From contig CAWGMA010000002.1 in the NCBI GenBank assembly GCA_963823555.1, forward strand, positions 608,001 through 672,000: DNA of 64,000 nucleotides, in the 5' to 3' direction. Source of the stretch: Candidatus Eiseniibacteriota bacterium. Its GTDB lineage: Bacteria; Eisenbacteria; RBG-16-71-46; CAVPCR01. The notes below the pieces were generated by a model, which had not been told where the DNA came from, did not search any database, and saw nothing but the letters and a program-made list of their open reading frames with translations. The position numbers were made by a program, and so were the translations under genes. Positions 53,441-61,350 of this stretch are shown here, one piece after another; positions within the stretch are counted from its first letter, which is position 1; each line of letters begins with the position of its first letter.

Positions 53441-53500
53441 TGTGCGGTATCTGCGCGGCATCCGTCCGGCAACCGTGCGGTATCTGCGCGGCATCTGCGC
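53435..53500. repeat. 11-bp tandem repeat, six degenerate copies (GG(C/T)ATCTGCGC)
   Basis: ggcatctgtgc ggtatctgcgc ggcatccgtcc ggcaaccgtgc ggtatctgcgc ggcatctgcgc. Confidence 0.85.
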
Positions 53501-53514
53501 GGTGCCTGGAATCG

Positions 53515-54283
53515 CTAGCGCGATCGCAGGGTCGCGAGGCCGCCGTCGACCCCGAAGACCTGCCCCGATACCCAGTCGTTGTCGGGGTCGAGGAGCCAGG
53601 CCATGAGCGAGGCGACGTCCGCCGGCCGGCCGATTCGCCCGAGCGCGTGCATCCCCTCCGATGTCTTGCGACTGGCTTCGCTCCGTGTGATCCGCTCGGT
53701 GAGAGGAGTCTCCACCTGCCCGGGCGCCACGGCGTTGACGCGGATGCGCCGTCCCGCGTAGGTGGCGGCCGCCGACAACGCGAGGCCCTGAACACCGGCC
53801 TTGGCGGCGGCGATCGCCTCGTGATTGGCGATACCGATGCGGGCCGCCGCGGTGGAGACGAGGACGATCGAGCCGCCGCTCGGCATCATGGCGCGAGCCG
53901 CGGCACGCACGACGGCGAAGGCCGAGCCCAGGTTGGTGCGGAGGGTCGCCTCCCACTCGGCGTCGGTGGTGAGGTGCGCCGGCTTGAGCAGCAGCGAGCC
54001 GACGCAGTTGGCGACGCCGTCGAGTCGTCCGTGGTGGTTGACCGCGTCCTCGATGCAGCGATCGACTTCTTCGCCGCGCGCGGCGTCGAGGACGAATGAA
54101 TGCGCACCTAGCTCGCTCGCAAGCGACTCGACCTTCGCCGCGTCGCGACTGGCCACGACGAGACGCGCTCCGCGCGCTCAGGCGGCGGCAGAGCTCCGAT
54201 CCGATCCCGCCGGTGGCGCCGAAGACGACGTGGGCCGGATTCGTCGGGATCTGTTCGGTCGTCTCCGATTCGCTGGTCGACAT
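53515..54283 (-). CDS. SDR-family oxidoreductase (frameshift near 54165)
   Basis: FGATGGIG, NCVGSLLLKP and IRVNAVAPG motifs; IAAAK in place of YxxxK. Confidence 0.85.
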
Positions 54284-54430
54284 GCCCTCGATCTCCCACT
54301 GTCCTGGCTGCTGAAGACTCCACGCGACTTGCTACTAGTAGTAGCCGGGCGAGGGGCGAGAGATTCCGGATCTGGAAGGTAGTCCAACGCCTCTAAGTAG
54401 CAACAACACTTGAGACAGAGGAGTCGTCCG

Positions 54431-54925
54431 ATGAGACCAGTACCGAAAAAGCCCAGGGCCGGCCAGGAGTCGGTCTGGGACTATCCTCGACCACCGCGGC
54501 TCGAGCGGGTTGGAAGGCGCGTTCGCGTCGTATTCAACGGGACCGTGATCGCCGACACGACCAGGGCATGGCGTGTGCTCGAAACCAGCCACCCGCCTGT
54601 CTACTACATCCCACCCGAAGATCTGAGGCGCGAGCACCTGGTTCCGGGTCGGCGCGCCTCGTTTTGCGAGTGGAAGGGCGGGGCCTCCTACGTCTCGGTG
54701 CGAGTGGGCGATCGTGCCGCCGAGTCGGCCGGTTGGACCTATCCCGAGCCGACGACGGCCTTTGCGCCGATCAAGGACCACGTCGCCTTCTACGCAGGGC
54801 CGATGGACGAGTGCAGGGTGGGTGAAGAAGTGGTCCGACCGCAGCCGGGCGGCTTCTACGGTGGTTGGGTGACCGACGACGTGGTCGGGCCGTTCAAGGG
54901 CGAGCCCGGAACCGAGGGCTGGTAG
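54431..54925 (+). CDS. DUF427 domain protein
   Basis: ESVWDYPRPP, LETSHPPVYY, SFCEWKG and PGGFYGGW motifs. Confidence 0.9.
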   Translation: MRPVPKKPRAGQESVWDYPRPPRLERVGRRVRVVFNGTVIADTTRAWRVLETSHPPVYYIPPEDLRREHLVPGRRASFCEWKGGASYVSVRVGDRAAESAGWTYPEPTTAFAPIKDHVAFYAGPMDECRVGEEVVRPQPGGFYGGWVTDDVVGPFKGEPGTEGW

Positions 54926-54953
54926 GCTCCTGATCGAGACACGGGGGGAACCC

Positions 54954-56015
54954 ATGGACCCGAGGCGAGAGCTCGATTCCTGCATAGTAGTCGGTGCCGG
55001 CATTGCCGGATTGTTGGCGGCGCGAACGCTCGTCGATCGCGGCTTCGAAGTCCTTGTCCTGGACAAGGCGCGGGGCGTCGGCGGGCGGATGGCGACGCGG
55101 TGGTTCGAACCGGCGGCCGGCGCTGCGGAGGTCGGGCGAGCCGTGTGGGATCATGGTGCGCAGTTCTTCACCGCGCGTGACGGTGCCTTCAAGGCATGGG
55201 TTGATGAGTGGCTGGAGGCCGGCGTGGCGCGGGTCTGGGCCGATGGCTTCGCGGGCGGCAAGCGTCTCGAGTCGTCCGACGGACACCCGCGCTATCGAGG
55301 CAGCGCCGGCATGTCGGAGATCCCGAAGCATCTGAGCCAAGGGATCGACGTGAGACTGAATGAGCGCGTGGCCTCCATCGATGAGGCCGAGGGGCGCTGG
55401 CGGGTTCGCGCCGATGACGGCGAGACCGAGCACCGCGCCGGAGCGCTCATCCTCACTCCGCCGGTGCCGCAGTCCCTGGCTCTCGTCGACGCCGGCGGCG
55501 TGCGGCTGCCGGAGGCGGTGCGTGGGTCGCTCGAGCGCATCACCTACGCGCCCTGCATCGCCCTTCTCGCACGGATCGACGGCGCGAGCCGGGTGCCCGA
55601 GCCGGGGGCAATGCGTCTCGACGGCGAGCCGATCGGCTGGATCGCGGACAACCGGAAGAAGGGGATCTCCCCCGAGGCGACGACCCTTACCGTTCACGCG
55701 GGTCCCGAGTTCAGCCAGGCTCACTGGGACTCGGCGTCGGATGAGGTTGCCCGCCTGCTTCTGGAAGCCGCTGCCGAGTGGATCGGAGGGGAGATCCTGT
55801 CGACGCAGGTGCACCGGTGGCGATACAGCCAGCCGGTCGACCTTCACCCCGAGCCCTGTCTCGTCTCCCCCGGTCCTCCACCGCTCGTCTTCGCCGGCGA
55901 CGCCTTCGGTGGGCCACGGGTCGAGGGCGCGGCGCTCTCGGGGCTGGCCGCCGCGGCGTGGCTGATCTCGCAAGCGGCGAGCGTTGGTTCACCGACGACG
56001 AGCGACCGGCGATGA
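54954..56015 (+). CDS. Renalase-like FAD-dependent oxidoreductase
   Basis: VVGAGIAG, DKARGVGGRMATR, DHGAQFFT, HRWRYS and GDAFGGPRVEGA motifs. Confidence 0.9.
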   Translation: MDPRRELDSCIVVGAGIAGLLAARTLVDRGFEVLVLDKARGVGGRMATRWFEPAAGAAEVGRAVWDHGAQFFTARDGAFKAWVDEWLEAGVARVWADGFAGGKRLESSDGHPRYRGSAGMSEIPKHLSQGIDVRLNERVASIDEAEGRWRVRADDGETEHRAGALILTPPVPQSLALVDAGGVRLPEAVRGSLERITYAPCIALLARIDGASRVPEPGAMRLDGEPIGWIADNRKKGISPEATTLTVHAGPEFSQAHWDSASDEVARLLLEAAAEWIGGEILSTQVHRWRYSQPVDLHPEPCLVSPGPPPLVFAGDAFGGPRVEGAALSGLAAAAWLISQAASVGSPTTSDRR

Positions 56016-56603
56016 GTCGCCCCGATGCCGACGTCATCATCATCGGTGCCGGGCTCGCCGGCCTTGGCTGCGCGCGGCGCCTGCAAGAGGCCGGCGTCTC
56101 GTTCCGGATCCTCGAGGCGACAAGCGGAGTCGGCGGACGGGTTCGCACCCACAGGTGGATGGATTCCGCCTGGATCGAGGGTTCCAGGTGCTGCTCACCG
56201 CCTATCCCGAGGCGCGCAGGTTCCTCGACTACGCCGCGCTCGATCTTCGTCCCTTCGTCCCCGGCGCCCTCGTCCGCCATGCGGGCGGCTTTCACCGCCT
56301 CGCCGACCCGTGGCGCCAGCCGCTCGCCGCGCTCGGAACGCTCTTCTCCCCGCTCGGCAGCCTCTCCGACAAGCTGCGGGTCGCCACCCTCCGCCGGCGG
56401 GTGCTCGCCGGCACGCTCGCCGACCTCGCCGCCCGCCCCGAGCGGTCGACCCGCGACGCGCTCGAAGCTCACGGCTTCTCCGAGGCGATGATCGAGCGCT
56501 TCTTCCGTCCGTTCTTCTCCGGCGTGTTCCTCGAGCGCGAGCTCGACACGTCGAGTCGGACGTTCGAGTTCATCTTCCGCATGTTCTCCGAGGGAGACAC
56601 GGC
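56012..56603 (+). pseudogene. Flavin amine-oxidase-family gene, 3'-truncated
   Basis: IIGAGLAG, GVGGRVRT, DGFRLDRGFQVLLTAYPE and FFRPFFSGVFL; similarity ends near 56603. Confidence 0.75.
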
Positions 56604-57214
56604 GCAACACCCGCGCGGAGTCTTCCGCATGCATGTGGGCGTAGGCGTTGTTACCCATCCCCGGGTAGATCGGACGCCCACGTCTCACCTGCTCGAAGAT
56701 CAGGTCCCGCGCTCCGTAGACGTGGGGTAGTCGTATGGCGGCGAACGGCATGCCGGCCGCCGCCGCCATCCGCTCGAGCTGCTCCTCGCTCTCGCGCTTG
56801 GCTCGACCGTAACCCATGGTCGAGGTCGCCGGCGTCTCCCGGTCGATCGGGCGCGATTGCGTGTCGTAGACGAGGAGGCTGCTCGAGTAGACGAACCGCT
56901 CGACGCCGGCGTCGGCAGCGGCGCGCATCAGAGCGACCGAACCGTCGACGATCGTCGGCCGCAGGAGCTCGTAGTCCTCGAAGGCCGCGCGCGCGCCGAG
57001 ATGAAAGATGGTGTCGATGCCATCGACGGCGCGCCGCAAGCTCTCCGCGCTCTCGAGATCCCCCTGCATCACCTCGACCTTGTCGAGGGGAGGAGCGCGC
57101 CGCGCAGCGGACGGCGCACCATCGCGCGGGGTCGTAGTCCTTTCTCGACGAGGAGGCGCACGACCTCGAGGCCGATGAAGCCTGTCGCGCCGGTGACCAG
57201 TACTCGTTCCACGG
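56604..57214 (-). pseudogene. NAD-dependent epimerase/dehydratase, 3'-truncated and frameshifted
   Basis: VLVTGATGFIG, FHLGA, FVYSSS, YGRAK and RLPHVYG motifs; similarity ends near 56604. Confidence 0.75.
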
Positions 57215-57293
57215 TGGGCGTCTCCTCTCCGGGCTGTCGCAGGCGCCGCCGTTGCCGCGAGCGCCTGCGGCCGCGCCGACGGTAGCGCCGGCG

Positions 57294-59627
57294 CTAACCG
57301 AGCTCCAGATCGAATTCGGGCGGGCCGACGGTGACGATGCCGAGGTAGCCGTCGACGGTGACGAGCTCGCCGTCGTCGAGCAGCTGGGTGGCATCGTGGA
57401 CACCATTGACGCAGGGGATCCCGAGCTCGCGAGCGATGATCGCACCGTGGATCAGCATGCCTCCGCGTCGCTCGACGATCGCCCGGGCCAGCGGCACCAG
57501 GTGCGTGATCGTGGGTTGAATGGCATCGCAGACGAGGACGTCTCCTTGCCGGAACCGTCCCATATCCTCGAGGTGCCGGAGGCAGCGGACGCGACCGGTG
57601 GCGACCCCGGGCGCCGCCGGCTGGCCGATCAGCTGCCTCGGTGTCTCGCCGCGATCGACGGGGGCGGATCCGCCTTCGACACCGGACCTGGCGACCGGCG
57701 GTGCCTCGATCTCGACCCGCTCGCCGCGCTCGCCGCGCGAATCGCGCAGGGCGTGCGCGATCCGGGCGATGGTCGAGGCGTCGGGCCCCGGCTCTCCGAT
57801 CAGCCGGCCGGCGGCCCTGAGCCGCCCCGCCGCCAGATCGAGGGCGCGCAGGAGCTGGCTCTCGATGCGGCCGACCAGCAGGTTGTCGTCGTCCCTGAGC
57901 TTCCAACTCAGGCGACCGGTCTCGATGACCTCCATCGCCTCGCCGTGGCGCTCGGGGCCGACCGCGTCGAACAGACGTCGCTCGAGATCCGCGGGGTCGT
58001 GACCCGCGACCGCTCCGTCATCGGCCTGGCGCGTACTGCCCACGTCCTCGGATCCACGAGTCAGTTCGAGAATGATCCTGACGAGCGGGCCCGCGTCGTC
58101 GGCGAGGCGGCGATGCTCGTGGGCGACGTCGAAGAAGCGCTCGCTCAGCTCTTCGAACCTGGCGGCCCACTGGTCGGCGCCGCCGCCGCCGCGAATCGAC
58201 TCCCGCACATCCGGCCACGGCAGCGGGCCGGCGCCTCGGGCCTCGACCAGCCGGCCGAGCGCCGCGCGCAGCTCAACGTGGTCCCGGAGGCTCTCCGCCA
58301 GCCCTCGCAACGCCCGGTTCCGCTGGCTGGCCATCAGCGTCTGGTCCCGGAGCAGGCCCACGAACGCGTAGGGGTCATCGGGGCGAACGGCGTCGTTGAA
58401 GTAGAGCGCCAGCCGCCGGACGCCGTGCGCGAACGGGATGAACTCGTCCCAGTAGATCTTCTTCCAGCGCTCGAAAGATTCGAGCCTCTCCTCGAGGGCG
58501 TCGGCGAGCTCGCGATCGCTCGACCGCTCGAGCTTGGCATCGGCCAGGCGCCGTCCCTCCGCCCGCAGCTCCGGGATCAGCTCGTCGGCGACGCGCCGGC
58601 GAAGACGACGGAGGCGCTCGTCGCCCGGGCGCAGGGTCAGGTACCAATCGCGTGGATCATCGGGGTCGGGGGCGCGTGTGGTGATCGGGCGGGATTGTAG
58701 GATCGTCAGCGCCTCGGCGCGCCCGGTCCATTCCATGTCCGGATCCCAGCGGAAGAGCTCCTCGACCGAGAAGAGCGCGGTCAGGATGGCATCGAGATCA
58801 CGGGTCTCGAGGAGAGGCTCGGCGTCGGAATCGGCGCCGTGCTCGCCCGCGGCCTCGCTTTCGCCATCGCCGGCCGCCAAGCGTGCGCCGGGCCTCCAGC
58901 TCACGACGCGCCTCGATTGGCGATCGATCTGCCAGTGATCGGGATCCACCAGCCCGTCGACCAGGAGGCTGCAGGGACCGGGCACCGCCTCGATGATCGC
59001 CTGCTCGGCGCCGGGGCTGCGAGGATCGCGACCGAACGCGACGCCCGACCGATCGGCGAGCACCATCTCCTGAACCAGCACGGCCATGCGACTGTGGGCC
59101 GGGTCCAGGTCGAGCTCGCGGCGGTAGAGGAGGGCCGCGTCCGACCAGAGGGAGGCCCAGACCAGCCGGATGGCATCGGCGAGCGCCGCGTCTCCGGAGA
59201 CCCCGGTCACCGACTCGTGCAAGCCGGCGAAGGATCGGCCGGCCGAGTCCTCGCCGGGAGCCGACGATCGGACCGCGAGCGACGCCGGCGCGCCAAGCGA
59301 TCTCCGCGCCTCGGTGATCGCCCGCGTGAGCTCGAGCGAGAGCGGGTGACCGAGGAAGAGGGAGCGAATGCGTAACGCCGCGTCCCAGATCTCCTCCCAG
59401 CGCATCTCGTCCAGCGACTTGCGACCGAGCTCCATGCGAATGGCGCCGTCGATCCCATGGCCGGCGGCGAAGGACTCGTAGGCGTGCACGGTGATCGCGA
59501 ACCCGGGCGGCACGCGAAAACCGGCGGCGGCGAGACGCGCGGTCGAGGATGCCTTGCCGCCGACGATCGCTTCCTCTCCGCACCTCGAGTCCGACAGCGG
59601 CACTACGAGGGGTCGGACGGAATCCAC
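57294..59627 (-). CDS. PEP-utilising enzyme (ATP-grasp, central domain, C-terminal His domain; PEP synthase/RPH-like)
   Basis: VGGKA, VPPGF, AVRSSAPGED...SFAG, MAVLVQEMV, DMEW, ILQSRPIT and GGMLIHGAIIARELGIP motifs. Confidence 0.88.
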   Translation of the reverse strand: MDSVRPLVVPLSDSRCGEEAIVGGKASSTARLAAAGFRVPPGFAITVHAYESFAAGHGIDGAIRMELGRKSLDEMRWEEIWDAALRIRSLFLGHPLSLELTRAITEARRSLGAPASLAVRSSAPGEDSAGRSFAGLHESVTGVSGDAALADAIRLVWASLWSDAALLYRRELDLDPAHSRMAVLVQEMVLADRSGVAFGRDPRSPGAEQAIIEAVPGPCSLLVDGLVDPDHWQIDRQSRRVVSWRPGARLAAGDGESEAAGEHGADSDAEPLLETRDLDAILTALFSVEELFRWDPDMEWTGRAEALTILQSRPITTRAPDPDDPRDWYLTLRPGDERLRRLRRRVADELIPELRAEGRRLADAKLERSSDRELADALEERLESFERWKKIYWDEFIPFAHGVRRLALYFNDAVRPDDPYAFVGLLRDQTLMASQRNRALRGLAESLRDHVELRAALGRLVEARGAGPLPWPDVRESIRGGGGADQWAARFEELSERFFDVAHEHRRLADDAGPLVRIILELTRGSEDVGSTRQADDGAVAGHDPADLERRLFDAVGPERHGEAMEVIETGRLSWKLRDDDNLLVGRIESQLLRALDLAAGRLRAAGRLIGEPGPDASTIARIAHALRDSRGERGERVEIEAPPVARSGVEGGSAPVDRGETPRQLIGQPAAPGVATGRVRCLRHLEDMGRFRQGDVLVCDAIQPTITHLVPLARAIVERRGGMLIHGAIIARELGIPCVNGVHDATQLLDDGELVTVDGYLGIVTVGPPEFDLELG

Positions 59628-60124
59628 TGGCGGACCTCCTGGAATCGGTGGACGTGGAGGTAGCGGATGACGTCGACGCGGAAGAGGGCGCAGGAGGGTG
59701 CGGCGACGAACGACTCGAGATACGGGTGGCGACGGATCAGCAGCTCGGCCCACCGATCATGATCGCCGCGGTCACGCGAGGTCTCCTGGACTCGACCGGT
59801 CACCGTGACCGCCTCGATCTCCATCAGCTCTCCCGAGCGATCGGGCCGATTGTCGATCAGGAGAGCGACATGATCGCACTCGGTGAGAAGGCGATACTTC
59901 CGCGTCGCGGTCGGTGTGGCGAAAACCGCGTGCCTCATGTCATCGGTGAAGGCGAAGGCCACGAGCGATCCGTAGGGCTGTCCCTCGCCCTGCGTGCAGA
60001 GCACGGCATAGGGTTGGCCTCGCACCAGACCACGGATCCGATCGCGAAGCGGCGGCTCCGGGCCGGCCGCGCCTGTGGGGTGCGGCGCTTCAGACTCGAA
60101 CAGCGGCTCGTCGGGTTGGGGCAT
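59603..60124 (-). CDS. Pyridoxamine 5'-phosphate oxidase-family protein
   Basis: YAVLCTQGEGQPYGSLVAF, FATPTATRKY and VALLIDNR motifs. Confidence 0.85.
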   Translation of the reverse strand: MPQPDEPLFESEAPHPTGAAGPEPPLRDRIRGLVRGQPYAVLCTQGEGQPYGSLVAFAFTDDMRHAVFATPTATRKYRLLTECDHVALLIDNRPDRSGELMEIEAVTVTGRVQETSRDRGDHDRWAELLIRRHPYLESFVAAPSCALFRVDVIRYLHVHRFQEVRQWIPSDPS

Positions 60125-60187
60125 GAGCAGAGGCTCCGTGGGTTGAAGGGCTGGTGTTTTGCCCGAGGCGATGCGCGGCCGCCGATT

Positions 60188-60766
60188 CTACTCCTCCCGC
60201 AGCGCGGCGATGATCCGTTCCGGATCGGCGTGGTCGCCGGCCTCGCGGCTCACCTGGGCGAAGACGACACGGCCGCCCGGCCGGATGACGAAGCACCCTC
60301 CCTGCTGCCAGGGGTCCCCCTGGATATCCTGCTGGCGCTTGCCGGCGCGCCAGGCGCGCCAGGCGTGGCGCAGGGTCCGGAATCCGACCGAGCTCGCGAC
60401 GCCGCGCCGGAGGCCGGCAGCGGCATAGGCGCGGAGCTCCGGGTCGGCGAAGAGCGGGTGCTCGACTCGCTCCGAATCACGGAAGTCGGCCGCATGCTCC
60501 GGGCTCCCGTTGCCGACGACGACCAGCTCGGCGCCCAGGCGGCGGATCTCGGGTAGTGAGTCACGCAACTGCGCGACCTGCTCGCGGCAGAAGAGTCACC
60601 CGAAGTGGCGGACGAAGGCGAGCACCACGGTCCGGTCCCGCCAGAGATCACCGAGCCTCTGGCGCCTGCCGTCAGGATCGAGCACCTCGATCTCCTCGAG
60701 TCGCTCGGCGGCGCGAGCGTCGTCATGCGTGCCGGTGCTCATGTTCATGCCCCTGCCCATGCTCAT
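60188..60766 (-). CDS. AhpC/TSA-like peroxiredoxin (PRXL2/SelU/SelL-like), predicted selenoprotein with ULFC site
   Basis: In-frame TGA at 60596-60598 in FVRHFG*LFCREQ; the frame continues to QQGGCFVI...AGDH; RBS AGAGGA before ATG 60766; hairpin after the TGA. Confidence 0.85.
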
Positions 60767-61110
60767 GCTTCCTCTCTGCTCTCCCGGTCGTTGGTCTGTT
60801 TCTCGAAGAGGTAGTGCGAGACCATCCACTCCTCTCCGTGTCGAAATCCCTTGTACTAGTCCAGCGATTCTCGGCCCGAACTCCCTGCCGCTATCCAGTT
60901 TCAAGCGTTGATCTTACGGCTCTTGTTCGGCCCTTCAGCCCCTGAATTCAGGAGGACCCACCTGGAGGCTTCTGGCACCCCCTGCGCTCGTACCCCCCTC
61001 GGCGCGGGTGAGGGTCCACCCGTCGCGGCCAGCGACATGGCCTGGAACAGGGCGGAGCGGACGTACCGCGTGCAGCTTGTCGGCAGGGCGACGGTGTGTG
61101 ACACGCGAGT

Positions 61111-61234
61111 GGACATCATCCTGCGCCTCCCGGAATTCAACCGCGAGATCGTTCACTCGCACAGGATAACATCCGCTCTCGCAACACGTTCAGCCGCGGG
61201 GGCGGGGCGCCGAGAATCGCTGGATCAGTACACC
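61111..61234. repeat. Dispersed ~125-bp repeat, copy B
   Basis: Aligns to 46016-46140. Confidence 0.85.
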
Positions 61235-61350
61235 GGGGTCGTATCTCATCCCGTGGAGATACGTGTCCCATCCCGGGGTTTCGATCGTTCAGGTCTGCAG
61301 CGCCGGCCAGATCGACAGGCGGCCCACCGATCCCGCCCGTGCCCTCCCTG

